In this document: positions 10,575-20,429 of the stretch, piece by piece
Position numbering within the stretch: position 1 is the first letter of the stretch
How the letters are laid out: every line of letters begins with the position of its first letter
From: an uncultured Spirochaetota bacterium
GTDB taxonomy: Bacteria > Spirochaetota > Brevinematia > Brevinematales > JAOACQ01
Length of the DNA stretch: 64,000 bases
NCBI GenBank assembly: GCA_963768055.1
Contig: CAVYGN010000002.1
Location: 480,001-544,000 of the forward strand
Reading direction: 5' to 3'
The notes under the pieces: model-generated
The model's input: the letters and a program-made list of their open reading frames with translations, nothing else
Told to the model about the DNA's origin: nothing
The model's database searches: none
Translations under genes and position numbers: made by a program

Positions 10575-10721
10575 TTAATGGGCCCTTCTAAAAACTGCCC
10601 CTTTGGGGCAGCAAGGTAGGGCCCATAGGGCGGAATTATTAGCTTCAATTTTTTTAAATTTTTGAAGAGGTGAGTTTTTGGAACCACCCTAATGAAATAA
10701 AATTAAAAATAGGAGGGAAGA

Positions 10722-10991
10722 ATGCCTCTTTGGGTTACATTGCCGATTCAAATGGTAGTAGGGGCTCTCGCCGGCCTTTATTACATAAGAATTATGAAGA
10801 AGCCCATGTTCGGACAGCTCTGGGGAGCGGTAGTTTTCGGGGTTGTCGGCGGTATTCTGGGCGGGTTTTTCCTGGGCAGCCTTACTGAAATCACCCAATT
10901 TCTTGTAAAGAACTTTTTATCCGTCGATTTCGTGGCAACCCTGTTCGGAGCGTTCTCGCTTCTCTGGCTGTTTTCAAAGATCGCACATTGA
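10722..10991 (+). CDS. Small membrane protein (GlsB/YeaQ/YmgE-like)
   Basis: Three Gly-rich hydrophobic segments (GVVGGILGG); RBS AGGAGG. Confidence 0.65.
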   Translation: MPLWVTLPIQMVVGALAGLYYIRIMKKPMFGQLWGAVVFGVVGGILGGFFLGSLTEITQFLVKNFLSVDFVATLFGAFSLLWLFSKIAH

Positions 10992-11017
10992 TAAAAATAA
11001 TTCTGGAGGTTTAAACT

Positions 11018-11422
11018 ATGGCAAACGAATTAGATGAAGTTAAGGTAGGTAAAATCGGCATTCAAAAACCTCTTACCGTCACCCTCGATATGCCGGTTTC
11101 TAAGGCCGCTGAAAAGATGCTTCGTGAAAAGGAGCATAGCGTAATTGTAGTCGATAAGACAGCCAAGCCTGTCGGAATAGTATCCTCATGGGATATATTG
11201 AAGATCACCTTTTTAGCCGACAGCGCGAGAGAAATGCAGGTATCCAAGCTTATTGAAGGGCAGAAGCTTTTGTTCGTCTATACCGAGGTCAGCGTCAGGG
11301 ACGCGCTTAATCTGATGATTGAAAAATCGGTCAGCGCCCTGCCTATCCTTGACGAAGGCGATAATCTTATCGGTAAAGTCAGCCTTTCGGATGTAGCCAA
11401 GTTCGTTAAAGAAAAATTATAG
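11018..11422 (+). CDS. CBS-domain pair protein
   Basis: Two CBS repeats (VIVVD..PVGIVSSWD; LPILDE..LIGKVSLSD). Confidence 0.88.
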   Translation: MANELDEVKVGKIGIQKPLTVTLDMPVSKAAEKMLREKEHSVIVVDKTAKPVGIVSSWDILKITFLADSAREMQVSKLIEGQKLLFVYTEVSVRDALNLMIEKSVSALPILDEGDNLIGKVSLSDVAKFVKEKL

Positions 11423-11441
11423 CTTTTCTTCGGGAGATTCT

Positions 11442-13475
11442 ATGCGTAAATATCTTGTCACATCAGCCCTGCCGTATGCCAATGGTCCCCTGCACCTCGG
11501 CCACCTGGCCGGCGCTTACCTGCCTGCGGATATATTTGTCCGTTTTAAAAGGCTATGCGGAGAAGATGTCGTTTATATATGCGGCAGCGACGAGCATGGC
11601 GTACCGATTACGATACGGGCAGAAAAGGAAGGAGTGAGCCCAAGGGCCGTAGTGGATAAATATCATGCCGAAATGGTCGAAAGCTTTAAAAAAATGCGGA
11701 TAGATTTCGATAATTTTTCAGGAACTGCAAGGCCCAGGCATTACGAGATTTCACAGCGATTTTTTTTGGACCTCTATGAAAACAATCACCTTGTTACCAA
11801 AACAGAGGAGCAGTTTTTCGACGGCAGAAAAAAAAGATTTCTCCCGGACCGTTATATAGAAGGGAAATGCCCCCATTGCGGTTATGAAAAGGCAAGGGGC
11901 GATCAATGCGACAATTGCGGCCGCCTTCTTAACTCTATGGACCTTATAAATCCATTGAGCATATTATCCGGAGAAAAACCGGTTATTAAAAAGACAATGC
12001 ATTGGTATCTAAAGCTCCAGGATTTCGAAGAAAGGCTGATTGACTGGATTAAATCGAAAGAGAACTGGAAAGACAATGTGCGAAATTTCGTCCTGGGCTG
12101 GATAGACAAGGAAGGCTTAAGGGAAAGGTCGATAACGCGGGATATAGATTGGGGGATCCCTGTCCCGATTAAGAGCGTCGAAGCGGAGGGGAAGGTCCTT
12201 TATGTCTGGTTCGATGCTCCTATAGGATATATTTCTTCAACAGTGGAATGGGCGGAAAAGATAGGCCAGCCCGAAAAATGGAAGGAGTACTGGCTTTCGC
12301 CGGATTCAAAGATCATCCATTTTATCGGAAAAGATAATATACCGTTTCATGCAATTATATGGCCTGCCATACTGATGGGTCAGAAAACCGAATATCAGCT
12401 CCCCTATGAAATACCGGCCAATGAATACCTGACCCTCGAGGGTGAAAAACTTTCAACATCGCAGAATTGGGCTGTTTGGGTCGACGAATATCTGGAGGTT
12501 TTTCCTCCCGATCCTCTCCGTTACTTCCTTGCAGCAAACGCCCCTGAAACCAAGGACTCGGATTTTTCCTGGAAAGGCTTCCAGACGAGGAATAACGAGG
12601 AGCTTTCCAATATCCTGGGGAATTTTGCGAACAGGACCCTTTCATTCCTTAAAAATAACTGCAGAGGCCTTATCCCGGCCGGAGATTATAAAAAAGAAGA
12701 CCTTGCTGTTTTCAAATCTCTTGAAAGGCTTATAGGCGAAATCGTAAGTAATTTTGAAAAGTTCCATGTAAGGGAAGCCGTGAAGACAATAATGGATATA
12801 GCCCGCCTGGGCAACAAATATTTTGACGACTCCAAGCCATGGGTGCAGAAAAAAGAAAACCCGGAAAGAATGGACACCTCTATAAACGTCTGTATGAATA
12901 TTTTAAGAGTCCTTGCGGTCTCTATGTATCCGGTTATCCCCGACTCGGCGGCCAGACTCTGGAAAATGATCGGCGAAGAGAGCGATATTGTCAACCAGAG
13001 ATGGGATAATCTTAAGCTGACACGTATAAAAACCGGCCTGAAAATAAACGAACCTGAAATTCTTTTTGTAAAATACGACGATAAAATCATCCAGGCTCAG
13101 ATTGACCGCCTTATGAAAAAGTCGAACAGGGAAGAGGGCCGGGACAGGTCCGTCTCCATAGATGAATTCAAAAAATTCGACCTGAGAGTCGCCGAAATAT
13201 TAGAGGCCGTCCCATTGGAGAAATCTAAAAAACTTTTGAAACTGAAAGTCCGTGTCGGCCGGAATGAAAAGCAGATCCTGGCAGGCATAAAACCCTATTA
13301 TGAAGCCGAAAAACTTGTGGGAAGAAAAATAGTTATTATAAATAACCTTGAACCTGCAACACTGATGGGGGAAAAATCGGAGGGAATGCTTCTCGCAGCC
13401 TCGGACGAGGGGCATACGAAGGTGATTTTCCTCACGCCCGAATCCGATATCGAGAGCGGGTCTAAGGTAAGCTAG
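11442..13475 (+). CDS. metG: Methionine--tRNA ligase with C-terminal tRNA-binding domain
   Basis: ALPYANGPLHLGH, GSDEHG, Zn knuckle CPHC/CDNC, YVWFDA, GKDN, KLSTS. Confidence 0.97.
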   Translation: MRKYLVTSALPYANGPLHLGHLAGAYLPADIFVRFKRLCGEDVVYICGSDEHGVPITIRAEKEGVSPRAVVDKYHAEMVESFKKMRIDFDNFSGTARPRHYEISQRFFLDLYENNHLVTKTEEQFFDGRKKRFLPDRYIEGKCPHCGYEKARGDQCDNCGRLLNSMDLINPLSILSGEKPVIKKTMHWYLKLQDFEERLIDWIKSKENWKDNVRNFVLGWIDKEGLRERSITRDIDWGIPVPIKSVEAEGKVLYVWFDAPIGYISSTVEWAEKIGQPEKWKEYWLSPDSKIIHFIGKDNIPFHAIIWPAILMGQKTEYQLPYEIPANEYLTLEGEKLSTSQNWAVWVDEYLEVFPPDPLRYFLAANAPETKDSDFSWKGFQTRNNEELSNILGNFANRTLSFLKNNCRGLIPAGDYKKEDLAVFKSLERLIGEIVSNFEKFHVREAVKTIMDIARLGNKYFDDSKPWVQKKENPERMDTSINVCMNILRVLAVSMYPVIPDSAARLWKMIGEESDIVNQRWDNLKLTRIKTGLKINEPEILFVKYDDKIIQAQIDRLMKKSNREEGRDRSVSIDEFKKFDLRVAEILEAVPLEKSKKLLKLKVRVGRNEKQILAGIKPYYEAEKLVGRKIVIINNLEPATLMGEKSEGMLLAASDEGHTKVIFLTPESDIESGSKVS

Positions 13476-14482
13476 GTACATCGGGGATCACCGTAAAGCC
13501 GCGTCTCTGCGGCGAAGTCCTTCCCTTCCAGCGCCCTTTCAAGACGCTTAATATCGTTCTCCGTATGCATCATGCACAAAAACCCCGTGCCGCTCTCCAT
13601 CATTACGCCGTATTTAAGCAGGCCTGCCGGTTCAATCGAGTTTTTTATCTTGAAAATGCTTCCTTTTTGACAGGATACGGCGGCGGAACCGATTGAAATC
13701 TTTTTTTTATATAGATCGTTATTTCTTAAATACACCTTCATTGTTTCAAGGACGGCGACCGATTTAAAAGCGGGAATATTCTCGCCCTCTATCCCCCTTT
13801 TTGAAAAGATAACCGCGCAGTCCAGGCCGTTTGCGATCGAAGGGCCGCAGAGTATAAAAGGAACTTTATCGAGGTTATTTGAAAAACACCTTTGCAGGCG
13901 AAAGGCCGTCCTGGTTTCTACGGAGCATTTCCACACGGCTTTAAAATTCTCATGGCCGTATTCCTTTAAATCAAGATCAAAGTCAAGAGGTTCGAAAAGA
14001 AACAGGTCGTAATGCTTTCCGGCAGCAGCCATTTCCACGGATATGCCCGGCAGAGCATTAAATGCCAGGTCCAGAAGATATGAGGAACTGACGCCTATGC
14101 TGCCGGCCCCAAGGGATTTTACAAGTGAAACGATTGCAGAAACGGTGCTTCCGTAAAAGGAAATATAACCGAAATCGATAACGGACTTAAAGAGTCTGAC
14201 CAGAGGATAGCGGAACTTATCGATCAGGCCTGATGAAGTGCCTGTGGAAATGCCGTTTTTTATATAGCGGGTTAAAGTTTTAAAATTATGTCCATAAATT
14301 ACAGCCCCGTTGTAAAGTGAAAAATCGGCATACTTATTTCCATCGATATCATAGATATACTGGTCTTTCTCCCTTTTCACCACAACCGGTATGCCTGCAA
14401 CGGGCAGGCAATTCTTTAATGAACGGATCCGGGCTTCTGAAATACTTGTCGAGAAGCTTAGAGCGTTGGGAAAGTCGGACAT
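13472..14482 (-). CDS. Degenerate class-III aminotransferase (HemL-like), probably catalytically inactive
   Basis: IYDIDGNKYADF..GAVIYGH N-terminus and FLCMMHTENDI C-terminus match HemL; PLP-binding residues appear substituted. Confidence 0.65.
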   Translation of the reverse strand: MSDFPNALSFSTSISEARIRSLKNCLPVAGIPVVVKREKDQYIYDIDGNKYADFSLYNGAVIYGHNFKTLTRYIKNGISTGTSSGLIDKFRYPLVRLFKSVIDFGYISFYGSTVSAIVSLVKSLGAGSIGVSSSYLLDLAFNALPGISVEMAAAGKHYDLFLFEPLDFDLDLKEYGHENFKAVWKCSVETRTAFRLQRCFSNNLDKVPFILCGPSIANGLDCAVIFSKRGIEGENIPAFKSVAVLETMKVYLRNNDLYKKKISIGSAAVSCQKGSIFKIKNSIEPAGLLKYGVMMESGTGFLCMMHTENDIKRLERALEGKDFAAETRLYGDPRCT

Positions 14483-14490
14483 CCTATCAC

Positions 14491-16023
14491 CTACTTGGCA
14501 TACTCGACTACCCTTGTTTCCCTGATCAGGGTAATTTTAATCTGTCCGGGGTACTTCATTTCATTTTCAATCTTTTTAGCTATATCCTTCGCAAGAAGGT
14601 AGGCGTTCTCATCGGTGACGGCTTCGCTGGAAACAAATACCCTTACTTCACGTCCGGCCTGTATGGCGTACGCTTTTTCAATTCCCTGGAAGGAAGTAGC
14701 AATGTTCTCGAGGTTCTGCAATCTTTTCAGATACTCTTCGAACGACTCGCGCCGGGCGCCGGGCCTTGACGCTGAAATGGCATCGGCCGCCATAACGATA
14801 GAGGCTTCGACATACTTTAACTCCGCTTCGCCATGATGAGCCGCAATAGCGTTCACTATGTTGTCAGGCATACCGTATTTATGAGCGACCTCAGCCCCGA
14901 CAAGCGAATGGACACCTTCGCCCGTAGTTCTTATCCCTTTCCCTATGTCATGGAGAAGCCCCGCAATTTTGGCCTGATCGACATTAGTCCGGAGCTCTCC
15001 GGCAATCATGCCGGCTATATTAGCAACCTCGATCGAATGGAAATAAACGCTCTGACCGTAACTCGTCCTGTATTTTAGCCTTCCGATATAAGGATAAAGC
15101 TCCCTGGGAAGGCTTACTTTGAGATCGAGGCAGGCCTGTTTTCCAACTTCTATTATCTCGAGGTTCATATCCTTTTCTACTTTAGCGGCGATCTCTTCAA
15201 TCCTCGCAGGATGTATCCTTCCGTCTATTATCAATTTTTCAAGAGATTGCTTGGCAACCTCTCTGCGATAGGGATCGAATGAGGATATGATAACCACTTC
15301 CGGCGTGTCGTCGATGATAAGGTCGACGCCGGCGATAGATTCGAAGGCCCTGATATTCCTGCCTTCCCTGCCGATTATCCTGCCCTTCATTTCGTCGTTT
15401 GGAAGAGTAACAGTTGAGATTGTTCTCTCAGCGGTGACTTCCGCTGCGTTCCTCTGGATTGCGGAGACGATAATCTCCCGGGCCTTGACCTCACCCTGGT
15501 CCCGGGCCTCGTCCTCGATTTTCTTGATGATATTGATGGAATCCCTTTTAGCCTCTTCGGTCATTTCGATTATAAGCTGCTGCTTCGCTTCAGCGGCTGT
15601 CATTTGGGCTACTCTTTCCAGTTCGCGGAGATGCCGTTCATAGGCTTTTTTTAACTCTTCAGCGGTTTTTTTAAACTCTTTTTCTTCGTTCTCCAGCTCT
15701 CTTTCTTTTTTTTCCAGAGATTCGAATCTTTTATCAAGCGCGTCCTCTTTCTGCACCAGTCGTCTCTGTGCTTGCTGAAGTTCAAAATTCCTTTCTTTAA
15801 ATTCTCTGTCTAACTGCTTTCTTTCCTCAATTAATTTGTCTTTAGCTTCAAGAATAATTTCCCTTTTCTTTGCATCAGCTTCTTTATCAGCAGCGGCCAG
15901 AATTTCTTTAACTTTTTCTTCAGCAGATTCCAATCGAAACTTCGCGATCAGCTTTCTCACGAAGTAGCCGGCAATGCCTCCGGCCAAAAGAGAGGGGAGA
16001 GCCGACAATAAAATGATCAACAT
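14491..16023 (-). CDS. rny: Ribonuclease Y
   Basis: N-terminal TM, coiled coil, KH domain (MKGRIIGREGRNIR), HD domain (LLHDIGK); likely start ATG 16023. Confidence 0.97.
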   Translation of the reverse strand: MLIILLSALPSLLAGGIAGYFVRKLIAKFRLESAEEKVKEILAAADKEADAKKREIILEAKDKLIEERKQLDREFKERNFELQQAQRRLVQKEDALDKRFESLEKKERELENEEKEFKKTAEELKKAYERHLRELERVAQMTAAEAKQQLIIEMTEEAKRDSINIIKKIEDEARDQGEVKAREIIVSAIQRNAAEVTAERTISTVTLPNDEMKGRIIGREGRNIRAFESIAGVDLIIDDTPEVVIISSFDPYRREVAKQSLEKLIIDGRIHPARIEEIAAKVEKDMNLEIIEVGKQACLDLKVSLPRELYPYIGRLKYRTSYGQSVYFHSIEVANIAGMIAGELRTNVDQAKIAGLLHDIGKGIRTTGEGVHSLVGAEVAHKYGMPDNIVNAIAAHHGEAELKYVEASIVMAADAISASRPGARRESFEEYLKRLQNLENIATSFQGIEKAYAIQAGREVRVFVSSEAVTDENAYLLAKDIAKKIENEMKYPGQIKITLIRETRVVEYAK

Positions 16024-16062
16024 ACATTTCCCCTGCAAAATATTCAAAAAAATTAACACTAT

Positions 16063-16091
16063 AATTTAAAATCAATTTTAATTACTGTCAA
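16063..16091 (-). promoter_or_regulatory. Putative sigma70 promoter of rny
   Basis: TTGACA-N17-TAAATT on the minus strand. Confidence 0.5.
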
Positions 16092-16129
16092 GGTATTGCA
16101 GGCTTATTTTGTTAGAATATCCTGATATC

Positions 16130-17005
16130 TCAATCCCTGCTCTTAAAAAATACGTTTATAAATTTCTGCCATCCGGAATGTTCTTCTGAAAATTCCATGT
16201 TCAACACCCTCCGTGCTATATGGTTTATACAAACTGAAACATTAGAATGAGGGCTGTATATGATAAACGGCGTCTGTTTTCTTACCGCTTCCCCGATCAG
16301 CGGGTCTTCAAAAATAAAGCCGAAATTATCGATTTTAATGTTAAGAAACTGGGCGCAGATGTCAATGATCTTTCTGGAGACCTTGTTTGCCTCGACTGTG
16401 GTCCTCACCCTGTTGAGGATTAGTTTTATATTCGGGTTTTCAGATTCAGTTACTATTGCTTTTATAATGCCGTACGCGTCGGTCATCGATGTCGGTTCGG
16501 GTGTCGTTATTACAATAGTTTCATGCGCAGCGATCACAAAACTAAGTACATTTTTCGATATGCCCGCCGAAGTATCGATTATTATGTAATCGGCGTAGCT
16601 TATCTCTTTCATGGCGTCGATCAAATTCTGTTTTTCTTCATCGCTTAAGTTGGCAAGCTGAGTAAAACCTGAAGCTCCTCCGATAATATCCACCCCCAGT
16701 TCCGTTTTATAAATTATTTCGATCATCTTTTTCTGGCCCTTGATTACATGATAAAGATTATACTTCGGGATCAGCCCCATGAGCACATGAATATTTGCCA
16801 GGCCCAGATCAGCGTCAAAGACTATGACCTTTTTCGGATTGTCTTTCATGTTGGCAAGGCTGATCCCCAGGTTTAGCGCAAAGCTGGTCTTTCCTACACC
16901 TCCCTTGCCGGAAGTGATAGCAATGATCTGAGTATTAGTCCTGGGAAAATCGCCCATCATCCTGCGAAGGCCCTCTGCCTGGTCGGGTCCAAGAAGAGTA
17001 GACAT
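16130..17005 (-). CDS. flhG: Flagellar number regulator FlhG/FleN (MinD-like ATPase)
   Basis: DQAEGLR, SGKGGVGKT, DADLGLAN, TPEPTSMTDAY; directly downstream of flhF. Confidence 0.93.
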   Translation of the reverse strand: MSTLLGPDQAEGLRRMMGDFPRTNTQIIAITSGKGGVGKTSFALNLGISLANMKDNPKKVIVFDADLGLANIHVLMGLIPKYNLYHVIKGQKKMIEIIYKTELGVDIIGGASGFTQLANLSDEEKQNLIDAMKEISYADYIIIDTSAGISKNVLSFVIAAHETIVITTPEPTSMTDAYGIIKAIVTESENPNIKLILNRVRTTVEANKVSRKIIDICAQFLNIKIDNFGFIFEDPLIGEAVRKQTPFIIYSPHSNVSVCINHIARRVLNMEFSEEHSGWQKFINVFFKSRD

Positions 17006-17027
17006 AAAGATACCTCTAACTCGGCGT

Positions 17028-18323
17028 TTATTTTAAAGAATCGGCAATTAATCGATCGACATTAGCTATTTCAAAATCTTCAGGCACTCCCTGCCCGTTT
17101 GTAATAAATGAAAGCGGTTTTTTTGTCTGGTACAGGGATGAAACTACCGACCCCAGATACATTGTTTCATCCAGTTTAGTGGCGATTATATGTGAAAAAT
17201 CAAGGCATGAATAACTTTCGACCACGAGGTCTAGGTCTCTTGGTTTAGTTGTAGCGCTGACGACCAGGTGTATATCGAATTTTAATTTTGTTTTTTTCAG
17301 CCAATCTGAAAGTTCCCTGATAACAATCGTGTCTTTCGGACTTTTCCCGGCCGTATCTATAAAGGTGTAATGGGTTTCGTCATTTTCAAGTATATTATAA
17401 AACTGGTCTTCCTTGTTGATCGGGTAAAATGGGGCTTTCATCAGGTCGGAATAGGTTTTCAATTGTGAATCGGCTCCAACCTTATATCTGTCAATCGATA
17501 TGAAACGCAGGGATTTCTGGCGGATTACCGCGATATGGGCGGCCATTTTTATAATACTCACAGTTTTACCGACCCCTGTAGGCCCGACAAATAATATATT
17601 CTTGCCGTTGGAGTAATTTTCCATCAGAATGTCTTCCCTGTTTATGTTAGTCCTTAAATAATCCCGGATTGTAGTAACTATCTGGGCTTTATCGATCAGG
17701 ATGTCATTTTTCTGGGTCTTAAGATACTCAAGAATTTCATGAATAACACCGGGATGGAATTCTCTTTCCCTAAGAAATTCCTCAGCCCATTGTATGTTCT
17801 TCTGGGAAATTTCAAGATCCTGCATGATCTTTTTTTTATTTTCAAGAGAAGCATTCCGGCTGGTTTTCATCAACCCCTCTTTGATCTCATCGAACTCGCT
17901 TTTAATATAATTCTGGATATCCTCGAGCGAACTTTTGAGATTTTTGACCTCTTCCTCCAGTTTTTTATTCCTTTCGGCTCCCGGCGCTATTGGAGGCTTT
18001 ACTCCGTAAAGTGCAGATGAATTTACCGTCCTTTGATATGTTCCGTCCCGGCTTAAAGGTTCAGGCGTATCGTCTTTGAAAAGATTCGGCTGGCTGTCGC
18101 CCTTCCTCATGTTCTTCTTTTCTTTTTCAAGTATCCTGGCTTCATCTATGCAGGCCGTCGCTATCCAGACAGTTTCTTTTCGCAGGCCCAGAAATTTTTT
18201 TCTTTCCTCGGGGTATGTCCTGATCAGCATCGTCTCTTTTATACGGTTTTCCATTCTTGCCGCCATAAACATTTTATCGACGGCTTCCTGCTTCGATTTC
18301 CCCTCATAAATAGCATATCTCAT
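17028..18323 (-). CDS. flhF: Flagellar SRP-type GTPase FlhF
   Basis: GPTGVGKT, DTAG, TKLDET, GQGVPED. Confidence 0.92.
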   Translation of the reverse strand: MRYAIYEGKSKQEAVDKMFMAARMENRIKETMLIRTYPEERKKFLGLRKETVWIATACIDEARILEKEKKNMRKGDSQPNLFKDDTPEPLSRDGTYQRTVNSSALYGVKPPIAPGAERNKKLEEEVKNLKSSLEDIQNYIKSEFDEIKEGLMKTSRNASLENKKKIMQDLEISQKNIQWAEEFLREREFHPGVIHEILEYLKTQKNDILIDKAQIVTTIRDYLRTNINREDILMENYSNGKNILFVGPTGVGKTVSIIKMAAHIAVIRQKSLRFISIDRYKVGADSQLKTYSDLMKAPFYPINKEDQFYNILENDETHYTFIDTAGKSPKDTIVIRELSDWLKKTKLKFDIHLVVSATTKPRDLDLVVESYSCLDFSHIIATKLDETMYLGSVVSSLYQTKKPLSFITNGQGVPEDFEIANVDRLIADSLK

Positions 18324-18345
18324 AACTCGATCTCCTTTTTAATTT

Positions 18346-20415
18346 TTAAGGATTAATACTTATTATCCCAATCTGGTCCAGGGAATAATTTGCAGGAATC
18401 TCCGAATAGGAAAGCACTCCGATCCCGGGAAAATGCCTTTCGATCAGTTCCCTTACAAGCCTTCGTATTTTCTGGCTCGACAGTATTACAGGCTGGCGGC
18501 CGGTTTTTACAACACCCTCGATAACCTGGCTCGCTCCTGTAATGAATTTGTTTACCAGATCCGGTTCAAGCGTGGATACAAGGCCCTGCTGGGTCTCATG
18601 GATAGAATCTGTAAAAATCTGCTCGACTTCAGGATCTATAACTATCGCTTTAAGGGTGTTCGCCTCGTCGGCATAACTTGAAGCAATCTGTTTGCCCAGT
18701 GATTGCCTGACATATTCGGTGATCAGGTCAATATTTTTCGATCCATAATCAGAAATAGTTTCAAGGATTGAAAGCATATTTCTTATCTTTACCCCTTCCT
18801 TGAGAAGGTTCTGGAGCACTTTCTGGATATCTCCCACGCTCGAGTTTTTCAGAGCCTCCTCGGTGACAACCGGATACTCTTTTTGCAGTGCGTCGATCAT
18901 TGCTTTGACGTCCTGCCTTGTCAGAAGTTCTCCTGCGTTCTTCTTGATAACTTCAGTTATATGCGTCGCAATTACCGACGGAGGATCGAATATATCGAAC
19001 CCCAGGCTTTCCGCCTTCGCCCTTTCCTCATTTGAAATCCATTTCGCGTCAAGCCCGAAAGCCGGTTCCTTGACTTCTATCCCTTCGATAGATTTAAGCT
19101 CAAGTTTAGGGTTCATGGCAAGGAACCTGTTCACGTAGATTTTGCCCCTGCTGGCCTCCGAACCCCTGATTTTCAAAATATATTCCGAAGCGTCAATGCC
19201 TACATTGTCAATTATCCTTATCGGAGGCACCAGGATTCCCATATCCAGCCCTATACGCCTCCGGATCAGCTTGATCCTGTCCAGCAGATCACCCCCCTGC
19301 TCTTTATCCACAAGAGGTATCAGGTTATATCCTATTTCGAGGTTCATAGGATCTATCCTGATAATATCCTCGACAGTGGTAACCTGATCGGTAGCCTGTT
19401 TCGATTTCGAACTTTCTTCTTCCTTTTTCTTCATACTCAATTCAATCGAACGGGTCATTGAATACCCGATCGCTACAATCGCTGCCCCGATGACCAGGTT
19501 GAAAATCGTCGGGAAACCAGGTACGAATCCCATCAGGAAGATAGCCGCTCCGGCTATGTATAAGACTTTCGGAGTAGCTCCGATCTGGGTAACGACATCC
19601 TTTCCGAATTTTTCGCGGGACGCTGTCCTCGTCACGATCAGGCCCGTCGCGGTAGAGATCATAAGAGCGGGTATCTGCGATACGAGGCCTTCCCCGATCG
19701 TAAGAAGCGTATATGTCTGGGCGGCCTCCCCGACTGGAAGGTTATGGACAAGCACTCCGGTGATGAGGCCTACGACAATATTTACAAGCGTAATAACGAA
19801 AGCAACCTTCACATTGCCCGACACGAATTTTGAAGAACCGTCCATGGCCCCGTAAAAATCAGCTTCCAGCCTGAGTTCATCCCTTCTTCTCCTGGCCTCA
19901 TCCTCAGATATCAGGCCCGCATTGAGGTCTTCGTTTATTGAAAGCTGTTTACCGGGAAGGGCGTCCAGGGTGAAACGGGCTGCTACCTCGGAAACCCTTG
20001 AGGCCCCTTTTGTAATTACGAGGAATTGTATGGCCAGGATAACTATGAATATCGTTATCCCTACTATATAATTGCCCGTTACTACAAAATCGCCGAATGC
20101 CTTGATAACCTTTCCGTCGAATGCAGGCCCAAGGGTCAGGATGAGCCTTGTTGCAGAGACATTCAGGCCCAGTCCGAAAACAGTGGTAAGAAGAATGAGC
20201 GAGGGAAACGCAGAAAAATCCGAAGGTTTCTTTACATACAGTGTGCTTAAAATGATCATTATTGAAAGTGCGAGATTGATTATAATAAGAATGTCGAGAA
20301 GGAACGTGGGAATAGGTATGATCAGCATGAGGACAACGACTATAAGAGAAACGGCAACTAAAATATCGATATTATCCGTAAGCCCTAATAAACCCTTTTT
20401 TGGTGAAGCCGCCAT
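18346..20415 (-). CDS. flhA: Flagellar export protein FlhA
   Basis: RVSEVAARFTLDALPGKQ, FYGAMDGSSKFV, GLVSQIPAL. Confidence 0.97.
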   Translation of the reverse strand: MAASPKKGLLGLTDNIDILVAVSLIVVVLMLIIPIPTFLLDILIIINLALSIMIILSTLYVKKPSDFSAFPSLILLTTVFGLGLNVSATRLILTLGPAFDGKVIKAFGDFVVTGNYIVGITIFIVILAIQFLVITKGASRVSEVAARFTLDALPGKQLSINEDLNAGLISEDEARRRRDELRLEADFYGAMDGSSKFVSGNVKVAFVITLVNIVVGLITGVLVHNLPVGEAAQTYTLLTIGEGLVSQIPALMISTATGLIVTRTASREKFGKDVVTQIGATPKVLYIAGAAIFLMGFVPGFPTIFNLVIGAAIVAIGYSMTRSIELSMKKKEEESSKSKQATDQVTTVEDIIRIDPMNLEIGYNLIPLVDKEQGGDLLDRIKLIRRRIGLDMGILVPPIRIIDNVGIDASEYILKIRGSEASRGKIYVNRFLAMNPKLELKSIEGIEVKEPAFGLDAKWISNEERAKAESLGFDIFDPPSVIATHITEVIKKNAGELLTRQDVKAMIDALQKEYPVVTEEALKNSSVGDIQKVLQNLLKEGVKIRNMLSILETISDYGSKNIDLITEYVRQSLGKQIASSYADEANTLKAIVIDPEVEQIFTDSIHETQQGLVSTLEPDLVNKFITGASQVIEGVVKTGRQPVILSSQKIRRLVRELIERHFPGIGVLSYSEIPANYSLDQIGIISINP

Positions 20416-20429
20416 AAATTTCTCCTCCG

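Noticed and set aside
13472..14482. Calling the HemL-like gene a pseudogene
   Set aside because: The reading frame is intact with an RBS and no stops or frameshifts, so it is reported as a possible pseudo-enzyme instead.
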